Below, piece after piece: positions 39,928 to 50,670 of a stretch of 64,000 nucleotides of DNA. Position 1 is the stretch's first letter. The number at the start of each line of letters is the position of its first letter. The notes below the pieces were generated by a model, which was given only the letters and a program-made list of their open reading frames with translations, searched no databases and had not been told where the DNA came from. The DNA comes from Chiloscyllium plagiosum (taxonomy: Eukaryota), in NCBI RefSeq assembly GCF_004010195.1, contig NC_057719.1, forward strand, positions 23,006,618-23,070,617, written 5' to 3'. A program made the translations under genes and the position numbers.

Positions 39928-40957
39928 AGCTTTTAACCACTTATAAAGCAGCAATGTGGGAAATGCACAATACAGTCTCTTAAACATTTACCAGAAATGC
40001 ACAATAAGGCATTGTAATGTACACAAAATCACCAAAGCTGAAATAAACAGCATTACACTGTTTAAGGGAGGACATCAGATCCCATTCAATATGCTCTATT
40101 TATGCCATAAGACATCCAGGTGAAGCTAAACACTGGGAAATTCTACAAGCAATTTAAGAAACTGGAATGTCCATCAACTCCCTGGGCAGATTGTTTTTAC
40201 TGCATACTAGTAAATCCCAAAGCAAAAGATTATTGAGAAGAGCTGTAGTAAATCCAACGAGATTTCTTATCAACGCAGACGAATATTAAAGCATATGAAG
40301 GGAAAACATTAAAAAGGAGTCAAGTCAATCAGATATCTTTATTGAAAGCTTTCTCACAGTGATTTTCTTTAATGGTTAGATGACCTGTTGTAAAGATTGG
40401 ATTTATGTACATTTTCCTCATTATAATAACTAATTTTAGGTTTTTTTAAAACAAAGTGAACTGAATAAAGCAAACTTTTTTTGTTTTGTGGGATGAAGCA
40501 CGTTACATTTTCGACAGGGAAGAAAGGTGTAATTTGTGAATCTTGAGAGTTTGATAAAACCTCCTCCAGTTACAGACTGAAGGATAGCAATGCTCTGATA
40601 ATGTGAAGGATAAAGTATGGTTTACCAATATTAAATAAGCATAGTTATGGAAAAGACAATGGGATGTCAAATATAAATCCTCAGCAACTTCTTCCAAAAA
40701 GTTACATGCTAAGAGATTGAAAACCTTGACCTGGAGGGGTGGGCAGTACATATATTTCCACTTTAAAGTTGGTCTTGCATAGTGCAATCAAGATAGAGGG
40801 AAGGACAGATTATCTGAGTAAAATGGGGAAATTATCACACTATCTTATTTCTTCTACCTGAAAATTCGGTATTTTAATGATTTATTTAATTAATTGAATG
40901 TCTCCAATAAATTGAAAACAATATTCATCGTCTGTAGGGCATCTTCATGAAAGATTT

Positions 40958-41695
40958 GATTGGATTTGGTTTGATTTATTGTCACATTTATTCTGTTACT
41001 AAATACAGTGAGAAGTGTTGTATACTGTCACTGCTATCCAGCACCATCTTAAAACACAGAAAAATAAATGAAACACAGAATGAAAAGGCAGAAGAATAAA
41101 GAAAGAAAGGAAATGTGTTCAACAGTTCTTCTTTGTTAAATGCTGTACCATTGGCCAAGGACATGGTGGCCAGGCACAAGTCCCCTTTGCCATACAACTG
41201 CCACTGGAACGAAAGTGACCAAGCTTTGGTGCCATTCCACTCCCACCCGTGGCCTCACCACTATGAGCCCTCATTGGAACTTGCCAATGCAGGCGCCACT
41301 CATGCCATCGAGTACCAAGCCAGACAAAACTTGACACTGCCACCACCATGAGGCCCACCTCGCCGATGCAGCCGCTGCTGATGCTGCAGGGTCTCGTACT
41401 GGTCACAAATGGCCATGAGTTGGCACTAGGACTGCTTCGTTGATACAGGTGCCACCAGGATCCCAAACTCTCTCCAGCATCATCACCACAGCTTCACGTT
41501 GGGCCCACTCACCTCCGTCGATGCCGTCACCCCAACTGCACTCTTTAACGAGAGGCAAGTAAAATAAAAGAGAAAAAAACAAATGTAAAGAGAGAAAAAC
41601 AGAGAAGAAAATGAGAAAAGAGAGGACAAAAGTGACAAGAAATAAAAAGAAAAGCAGACGGAGAGTCATGCCCTGGGCTTCACTGCCATCTTACT
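40958..41695 (-). mobile_element. Non-autonomous LINE-tailed element
   Basis: Minus strand: AAGATGGCAGTG head (~41692), T/C-rich tract, GC-rich body, then tcactgtatt...gtgacaataaatcaaa tail like the Rex1/Babar-like LINE tail. Confidence 0.6.
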
Positions 41696-41699
41696 AGGA

Positions 41700-42484
41700 A
41701 TGAAAGTGTATTGATTGGAACCAGGGTGACATCGTTGCCTATAAGGTTCTTGATTGGGGTTGTTAACCTGGGCCAATCAGGACAGCCCTGGCTGACCAAT
41801 CTAACCACAAGATTAGGTCAGAGGACCTCCTCATGGATCTCCTCCTGGGCCTGGACAAACTGGCCACAAACAGTTCCAGACAGCAGGCCCTGAAGGAGGT
41901 TGTTATGGCCGATTGCCTGCCCCTCTTCCATGGCTACATTCGTGGCCAGGTGTCCCTGGAAAAGGACCATGTGGTTTCAAACAACACCCTCGAGCTATTC
42001 AGGGAAAGGTGGGCACCACAGGGAGTGGAGTGGTTTATTCCTCCCTCAACTATATTTTGATTTAATCCCTGCCCTCCCCTTCACTTTTTTTGATCATGCA
42101 ACATTGCCTTTTGATGTGAAGGGCACTGCTTGTCACTGGCCATTCGGGTGCTTCCTGGTGGTGGAATATAAATAAAGATTTACACACTTGTTGTTTTTCA
42201 CTGTATACAACACCTGCACACACACACGACATGGGTATTGGGGAACAATAAACACGACCACAGTTAGGCAGTAGTGCGGCGGTAAAGTTTAAAAGAAAAA
42301 TACTTATAACCAGGAGATTTAGAATCTCCTCAGTTTAGGGAACTAAAAAAATCTAACCACAAGATGAGCATCTCCTCAGTTCAGGGGTCTGGTGCTAAGC
42401 TGGCTGGCCACAGCCAGTTTGCTGTGCACAAGTAAATAAAGGGTATCTTAGTGATGGCATACCGGCCTCTATGCAGTTATTTCA
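41700..42484 (+). mobile_element. Solo-LTR-like element disrupted by a Tx1-like insertion
   Basis: CCAAT boxes (gattgg, ccaatc), AATAAA at ~42435 and terminus ...gcagttatttCA shared with 37150-37305. Confidence 0.55.
41829..42300 (+). mobile_element. Tx1/L1-clade LINE 3' end
   Basis: ORF 41833-42060 (LLLGLDKLA..SR...DCLPLFHGYIRGQVSLE...FRERWAPQG) resembles the Tx1 ORF2 C-terminus, followed by AATAAA and an A-rich end. Confidence 0.7.
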
Positions 42485-43237
42485 GAAAGGAATGGAATTG
42501 AAGCAGGATGTGTTTTTCACAATTTTAATTTCTCTGTATGTCTAATACTATGGAGCTAAACCTTTGATAGATATTGCTAACCTTACCATTAGGTATTTAA
42601 AGCTAGAAGAAACTTACACCAAGGATTGAATTATGCCATTGTGTGACAAGTCTTAAAAGTGGACAAAGATTCATTCAAAAATAGTAGACCATTATCCCTT
42701 CTTAATTTTAATTTTAATACACTATCACAGGTTTGGTGTGAGATCATGGGAAATATTCCTTGTGGTCAGAACATTTCAACAAAATGCGTATTTGTCAGTG
42801 AATCTTCATATAAATTTTCAATTGATCAGAAAAGAAAACAGCAAGAAAAATGTAATCGTGTACCCTTCAAGAAAAATCACACAGGCAATTTTATATGTGC
42901 CATGTGTAAATATCCTTTTATTAATTTCTTACTTTTCTTTGGGTATTGATCTAGGCTACAGATGTTTTATTTAAAGCAAACACATTTAAATTCCATTGCA
43001 TTACATAAAATATATCCTAAAAACAATTTTGAACCATAAATATTTTAGATACTTTTCATCACTTGAAAATGTGGACTTAATTATGATCTAGAGGGCATCA
43101 AAAATATTAAGCAGACTTTGGAGACATTAGCTCTTCTGCCATCACAGGAGATTCTCAAGAAGAGGTTGAATTAATCTAGAGGCTTAAAGGCCTGTACAGT
43201 GCAGACGAAACACTTTGAAGACAATTTTGTTCAAATT

Positions 43238-43582
43238 AGAAACAAAAACAGAAATTGTTTTGGGAACTCAGCTGTTCTGGCAATGTCTTTGGAGAGAAAA
43301 CAAAATTAACGTTTCAAGTCCAGTGACCTTTATTCAGTGCTCATGGAGTCATGGACTCCTAGACAAAAGCAGAAATTGCTAGAAAAGCTCAGCAGGTCTG
43401 GCACCCTCTGTGGAGCGAAATCAGAGTTAACATTTTGGATCGAGTGATCTTTCCTCAGAACAGTTCTCGACCTGAAACGTTAACTCTGATTTCTCTCCAC
43501 AGATGCTGTCAGACCTTTGAAGCTTTCCCAGAAATTTATGTTTTTCTTTCTGATTTACAACATCCACAGTGGTTTATTTTAG
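43238..43582. mobile_element. Penelope-like terminal repeats (family C): a minus-strand copy plus a fold-back copy
   Basis: Arms 43365-43460 and 43468-43545 are inverted. Minus ctgaggaaagatcactcgatccaaaatgttaac and plus gacctGAAACGTTaac are hammerhead remnants. Confidence 0.75.
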
Positions 43583-44919
43583 TTGAGATTAGTATTGAAC
43601 TGGATGTCATGGCCAGACGATTAACCTGGAACCCATGAAGTCCAAAAATCAGGCTAATTAAGTTTGGACTGCTCATTTATACCTAATTGCTTCCAAAGTT
43701 TGTGATTCATATTCCAGAGGGTTGGAAGTAACATTAGCTCAATTACTGAAAGCAATCTTCTTTAAGGTGTAAAAGATGTGATTACAATAGAGATGTTTTT
43801 GTAGTGTTTCTTCAATTGGCAGACATGTTGGGTCATACAATGTGTTATGACAAGAAGTAAGAAATTAAGATTCATTAGATCTAAGACTGCAATAAGTAAG
43901 TATTCATTTTCACTTCCTGTTTTAATGTGTTGCTAAGAGGTCAAAACTTTACTTCCACTTTGAGACACAAAATCCATAAAATTTTACTATATGTTGCAGC
44001 TAATGCATGATTTTGGAGTTGAGCTGAAGTTGTTAGTATCATGGTATTAGCTACTGCAGCACTTACTAAATTGTGAACCATTCAATTCATGGTATCAAAC
44101 CTGTATAATGGAGATGTCCCCAGTGGTTATCATTATGTCTCAGTCAGACAATAATGTCAGAAACTAAATTATTAGCAAATTTTTTTTAGCTTATGTTCAT
44201 AAGAATAACTATTTAGCTTTTATTTCTTATCAGTTAAATTGACATTAAGTTGGATGTAATAACTTGAGTTTGCTATCATGTGGCTTTTAATCACAACAAA
44301 GAATCCAAGCATTTACAAATGATAATATTGAGAATTATCATTTAAGTATTGACTAATGGAGTTGGAATAACAGTGTCTCAACAGCCATCAAACTTTCTGT
44401 CCAGAAAAAATGCCAGTCAAATACAACCCAGCAATTTACCATGCCATCAGTCTACTCTTGAACACCAGTGATGTAAGGTGCTGTGAGGGTGCACAAAGTG
44501 GCATTGACACAGCAGTAAGCTGCTGACCAACACACACTTTGGGTTCTGCGTGAGCCATTCAGCCCGGTATCACATTACAGCTTCTGCCCACTGCAAAAAC
44601 TCACCAAAACCCCTTTGACTACATCTTCCAAATCTGCAACTCCTACCGCCAAAAAGAAGAAGTGCTTGGGAACATCACCCATTGGCAAGTTCCACACCTT
44701 AGACTTGGAACTACTTTGGAAATTTACAAGGAATTTACAAACTGTAACCTAATTTCAATGTTATATTCGTAACATGTTCAGTTTCAAGATCTTCTTTGAG
44801 AGCATATATTAAGCATGCTGTTGAATGATAAGTTTTGAAAAAATGCTCTTTTCAAAAATATCATAGGTTTAAAAGGAAGTAGATTATGGAGTGTTTCTAC
44901 TTAAAGCTGTATCTCATTT

Positions 44920-45490
44920 TGCAGCATTCCTGACTCTGAGCCACAGGGTGCTGTATTCACTTCCATTTCAGGGTTTGAGCAAATAAAAATTGAGATTGAT
45001 ATTTCCAACCCAGTCCTGTGGATTCGCTGTGCTGTTTAGATTATCAATAGTGTGGAAACAAGCCCTTCGGCCCAACTGACCCTCCAAAGAGCAACCCATC
45101 CAGACATGTTCTCCCCTGACTCTTGCACCTAACACTATAGGCCATTTAGCAAGGTCAACTCACCTAACTTGCACATCTTTGGACTGTGGGAGGAAACCCA
45201 CATAGACACTGGCAGAATGTGCAAACTCCACACAAACAGTCACCTGAGGTGGGAATTGAACCCGGGTCCCTGGTGCTGTGAAGTAGCAGTGCTGTCCACT
45301 GAGCCACCATGCTGCTCCTGTGGGATGTGCTACTTTCCTGATGAGACATTAAAGGAGGCCCCCATCTACCTCAACAGTTGGACATGAAAATCCCGTGTTG
45401 GTATTTTGCAGAAGAACACTGGGGGCAATCACAAATGGCCTGGCCAATATCTAAGCTTTAATAAACATCACAAGATTTGTATCACATTGT
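44920..45490 (+). mobile_element. Deu-domain (SacSINE1/AmnSINE1-like) SINE split by an HE1 SINE
   Basis: tttcctgatgagacattaaaggaggccc ... tggcctggccaatat resumes after the HE1 insertion. Confidence 0.6.
45037..45314 (-). mobile_element. HE1-type SINE
   Basis: gggaattgaacccgggtccc (B box, reverse complement) and ccactgagccaccatg (A box, reverse complement). Confidence 0.9.
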
Positions 45491-45639
45491 TAAGCACATT
45501 CATAATTTAAAAGAAATGTTAGAAAAATATGCACGTGCATTCATGATGCTGACACAAGAAGAAACAGAAGATGGTAAACCCTGGTGTCACACTGTGTGAC
45601 GCTTAAGGGTGTGGTTTCTTCTGAACACTGTAGAGATTC

Positions 45640-46370
45640 CTGCGTTTTCTGGAGCTTCACTCATCCAAACAAATGGGCAATTTCATCACGTATGTGCCCT
45701 ATAGATTGAAAACAAAAAAACATATGGTTATGAGGCGAGTTACACACCGCAGAATTTCTATTCTTGTAGGAACTGCTTTTATGTGCTCAGCCCAGTTAAG
45801 TCTTGGATCAATAGTAACCTCTAGAATATTGATGGTAGAAGATTTTGCATTGTCGAAGAGCTATCAAAGAGATATAGTTGGAATAACCCTTGTTGAAGAT
45901 GGTCATTGTGTGGTGAAAATGTTACTTATCATTTATCAGAACAAACTCGAATGCTGCCTAGCTATACTGCAGACAAGATTTGCTTCATTATCTGAAAAGT
46001 TGCAAAGAAGGTAGAGAAATGTGCAAGCAGCAGTGAACACTACCACTTATGTTGAAGGTAAGGCTATTGATGAAACAATGAAAATGGTTGACCCAAGCTC
46101 ACTGTCCTGAGGAATTCCTGCAAGTGTTCTAGGCTGAGATGGTTGACCTCCAACAACCACAAACATCATCTTTTGTAACAGGTATGAGTCAGGCTAGTGG
46201 AGAGTTTGTCTCTTGTTTTCCACTCACATTAAATTTGCTAGGGCTCCTTGACCCAACACCCAGCCAAATGCTGCCTTGACATCAAGGATAGAGACTCTGA
46301 CTCTACCTCTTGAAACAAACTTTTTTTTTGTCTATTTGGACCACCGCTGTGTTAAGGTCTGGAGCTACTA
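45640..46370 (-). mobile_element. L2/CR1-like LINE RT fragment, old
   Basis: Minus strand cttgatgtcaaggcagcatttg encodes LDVKAAF; ggaattcctcaggacagtg encodes GIPQDS. Confidence 0.65.
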
Positions 46371-47677
46371 AACATTGCCATCTTATTCCTCTCAAATGTG
46401 CATAACATATAATGGGAATATCTTAAAAGGAACAGATCTATAAATGCTTGGAAATCTGAGATCTGCAGGAGAATCAGCAATGTGTGGAAAGAGAAAATTT
46501 TGGTTAGAGCTCAGTTATCAGTTCACAACACAGAGAATAAGTTTGGAGTTAATTCAACATGTCATCCAAAATTACATTTGACAGTCACAGCTAGAGCTTG
46601 TTTAGCAGATTCTGCTCTGGATACAGTTGGACAAAGATTAAATCTAATAATATAAAAGTTAAATATTACACTCCAACAACAATAATCTCATAGAAACCTT
46701 TATTAAGCAGTTACACATCGTTGCATCTTGTGGAAATATACAGGCGTTCAATGACACTAATGGCAATGGAATTGGAAAACAACAGTTTAGATTCAATAAC
46801 TGTAAAGAGGATCTTCTACTTAGCTATCAGTCAATTCTGTTTGTTGTGAAGCGGATTCTGCCAGGATATACATAAGCAACTTCTTGGATTCACACTGGTT
46901 TAGTCACAGACAATCTGGAACCATTGCTCTTTAATTGGTTTCTTAGCAGCTATAAATTTTTAATCACTACTTCATTCTGTCTCTCCTTTATAATATTTAA
47001 TATATTGATTCCCCTTGGAACACTGAAAATTCCTGAAATCTTCCATCCTGCTGGCACACTGCATTATTTTTTAGCAGTATAAACTTGGAGATGATTTTTA
47101 GCCTATGCCTTTTCAATCTTGTAAATTACCTTCTCTGCAGAATGTGGGAACATGACCTTTCAGAATATCGCAACACTGCAATATAATGTAAACATATTAG
47201 TTGTAGGCATTGAATTGAGCAACTTTACTGGGAAATTCTTTAACACTTGTTTCATAAGGTTTCTTTGTTGAATGGGTAAGTCTGATAAATATAGAAATTC
47301 TGTCAGATGTGAAAATGAGCATGAACTGTTGCCTTTTAGTTTAATCATGTAAAGAAAGAACTGTCATATAAAGTGCCTTTCATGGCGATCAGATGTCTCA
47401 GAAGGCTTTACAGCCAATGAGGCACTTTAGAAGTGTAGCCATTATTGTAATATAGGAGGCAGTTATTTAGCATATCAATCATTTTTACTTCCCTGTATTA
47501 TCCAGCTGAATATTACAGCTAATGGACAGAGGTAATAGTTTAAACTGATAATACTGCATCATCAACCCATTTTGCAAACTCCTTGATTTTCTTTCATTGT
47601 CTCTACCTGTTTTGTGTTCATTTCCAAGTGCAACCTCACCCACAAACTTTGAAGGTATATGTTACTTTTCTTTTACA

Positions 47678-48570
47678 TTTGATTTGATTTAATATTGTCA
47701 CATGTACTGAGATGCAGTGAAAAGTATTGTTTTATGTGCTAACCAGACAAATCATAACTGACATAAGTACGTCAGGGTAATAGAATACAATGAGAGAAAG
47801 ATCACCTCTAATATATGAGAGGTCCATTCATAAGTCTGATGACAGTGGGGAAGAAGCTGCTCTTAAATCTGTTGGCATATGTTTTCAGACGTTTGTATCT
47901 TCTGCCCATGGGCGAGAGTGGAAGAGAGTATAACCATGGTGGGTGGAGTCTTTGATTGTGTTAGCAGCTTTCCAAAGGCAGCGGGAAGTGCAGATGGAGT
48001 CAATGAAAGGAAAGCTGGTTTACATGATGGACTGGACTCTCTGCAATTTCTTGCAGTTTTGGGCAGAGCAGTTGCTGTAGCAAGCTGTGATGCACCCAGA
48101 TAGGATGCTTTAAAAATTGATAAGCATTAATGTGACATGCCATATTTCCTTAACGCTCTGAGGAAGTAGAGGCATTGGTGTCCTTTCTTGGCTCTAGAGT
48201 CAACATGGATTGCACAGGACAGATTGTCAGTGATATTTACCCCTCGGACCTTGAAGCTATTGACCATCACTACCTCAGCACCATGATACAGTCGGGGGGG
48301 GAGGTGTCCTCCACTCTGCTTCTTGAAGTGGAGGACCAGCTCCTTCATTTTGCTGACGTTGAGGGAGAGATTGTTGTCTTTACACCATGCCATTATGCTG
48401 TCTATCTCCTTCCTGTACTCTGTTCATTGTTTGAGATCCAAATGTGGTGTCATCAGTAAATTTGTAAATGGTGTTAGAGCTGAATTTGGCCACACAGTTG
48501 AGAGTATATAAGGAGTATAAAAACTAAGTACGCAGCCTTGCAGGGCACCAGTTGTTGGGAATTACTGTGA
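47678..48570 (-). mobile_element. Rex1/Babar-like LINE 3' fragment
   Basis: ORF 48127-48393 (WCKDNNLSLNVSKMKELVLHF...AKKGHQCLYFLRALRK) and an (ATTTG)n-aatattgtcacatg tail. Confidence 0.85.
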
Positions 48571-48939
48571 AGTGTTACTTTCATAAATTTTCAGAATTTC
48601 TTTGTTGGATCTTTAAGGGAAATAAAATCAGAAAGCAGCAGCATAATTTCTAAGGCGCCTGTTTGAGTATCAAGATATTGATTTCCTCGATGCCACCATG
48701 ACAATTTTCTCTTCTTAATCAGCAATGAGTGAGTCTTGTGCTGAATTTGGTGGGTAGATTTGATAAATGGTGCAGTTAAAAAAATCACAAGAACCATAAC
48801 AGTTCTCAAGTTATATTTGGTACTAAAACATTAGAAGAACAATCTGAAAGCATGAAATATTTGAGGTTATTAAATAAAATCCAATAAGATTATTAATAAA
48901 GCTAATAGCCCTTTTGAGAAGTAGTTGAAGGGAAAATTG

Positions 48940-49255
48940 CCTGTAGCTCAATTGATTGTGCTCTTGTCTATGAGTCTCAAAGTCCTAGGTTCAAGAACTA
49001 TCCCAGGCTTTAAGTGTATATAGTAAGGTTGATTCTCCAGTGCACTACTGAGGAAGTACTACATTGCTAAAGTCATTGCCTTTCAGGTGAGGTGTTAACT
49101 TAGGGTTCTATTTGCTTCAATAAGCAGATGGAAAAAGGTTTTGTGGTACTTCTATGGATAATAACAAAGAGTTATCGCTGCTGTCCCAGTCAGTGTCTAT
49201 CCTTCAATTAACATTAAAGAAAGAAACATTATTTGATCATTATTTCATTATGAAC
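48940..49255 (+). mobile_element. Deu-domain (SacSINE1/AmnSINE1-like) SINE
   Basis: tRNA-like head followed by ctccagtgcactactgaggaagtactacattg...tttcaggtgaggtgttaac. Confidence 0.65.
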
Positions 49256-49374
49256 ATTGCTAATGTGAAACAATGTAGAAAGAACATGAATGTTAGTCGA
49301 TTATGCTGATACAACCAAAGAAGTGATATTTATCAGATTAAATGTATTTAGCTATTCACTAGAGTATTTGCAAA

Positions 49375-49586
49375 GACTGAGCTCAGTTGACTGATTTGTA
49401 ATGCAGAATGACACCAACGGTAGGTTCAATACTTATACTATCCTTGGGGTTACTACGAAAGTTCACCTTTCTTAACCTGGCCCGTCACCGAAGGTGTAGG
49501 TGACCCTCAGGTTAAACTCACCACGTCATCTCTCTGTAATGAGAAAGCAGCCCGATAGTCCTCTGTGTCTATGGCAACTTTACCTT
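49375..49586 (+). mobile_element. tRNA-derived SINE, unclassified
   Basis: gctcagttg ... aggttcaatac head and body ggtgaccctcaggttaaactcacca. Confidence 0.55.
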
Positions 49587-49914
49587 TTAAAGTATTTGAA
49601 ATTAGAAGGGATATTTTATGTGGTTTTTCCTCTTCTGACAATGATGACACAACATTGTGACACAGTTCCCCTATTTATCAAACAATTCAGCAAGTGCAGC
49701 GTGCAAATGTTGGGATACTCATTGCTCATGTGATTGGTGTGTACTAAGGCTGATCATGCCATAATCTGGAAGATTTATTTTGTTCAAAATTTATTCTGAA
49801 GTCATAAACAATGATATAAATATTATAATTTTGCTACAAAAAGCTAAGATGGGATGTTCTCCCCAAAATTAACAGAAGTATTTTTCATGTACTGCTTATG
49901 ATTTTGAGTAATTA

Positions 49915-50670
49915 GGAGTGTTGCTGAACAAAGAGACTTTGCAGAGCAGTTTCATAGCTCCTTGAAAGTGGAGTCACAGGTAGATAGGATAGTGAAGAAG
50001 GTGTTTGTATGCTTTCCTTTATTGGCCAGAGTATTGAGTATAGGAGTTGGGAGGTCATGTTGTGGCTATACAGGACATTGGTTAGGCCACTTTTGGAGTA
50101 TAGTGTGGAATTCTGGCCTCCTTCCTACCAGAAGGATATTGTGAAACTTAAAAGGATTCAGAAAAGATTTATAATGATGCTGCCAGAATTGGAGAATTTG
50201 AGGGTGAATAGGCTGGGGCTGTTTTCCCTGGAGTGTCGGAAGCTGAGAAGTGACCTTATAAAGGTTTATAAAATCATGAGGGGCAGGGATGGGATAAATA
50301 AACAAGGTCTTTTCCCTGAGGTCGGGGAGTCCAGAACTAGAGGGTATAGGTTGGGGGTAAGTAGGGAAAGTTGTAAAATGGACATAAGGGGAAACCTTTT
50401 CACACAGAGGGTGGTATGGGTATGAGCAGGCAGGGGAAGTGAGGTGTGGACTTGTTGGGCCGAAGGGCCTGTTTCCACACTGTAAGTAATCTCATCTAAT
50501 CTAATTACAGCATTTAAAAGGCATCTGGATGGGAAAATGAATAGGAAGGGTTTAGAGGGCTATGGGCCAAGTGCTAACAAATGGGACTAGATTAGGTTAA
50601 GATATCTAGTGGCATGGACACATTGGGCCGAAGGGTCTGTTTCCATGCTGTACATATCTATAACTCTCTG
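49915..50670 (+). mobile_element. CR1/HER1-type LINE 3' fragment
   Basis: ORF 50009-50425 (LYRTLVRPLLEYSVEFW, FSLECRKLRSDLIKVYKI). Confidence 0.92.
50443..50503 (+). mobile_element. HE1 SINE 3' end embedded in CR1
   Basis: ggtgtggacttgttgggccgaagggcctgtttccacactgtaagtaatct, near-identical to 20362-20420. Confidence 0.88.

Noticed and set aside
48127..48393. ORF resembling the domain often annotated on ALKBH8-like predicted proteins
   Set aside because: It is the C-terminal region of a Rex1/Babar-like LINE RT and is followed by the LINE tail.
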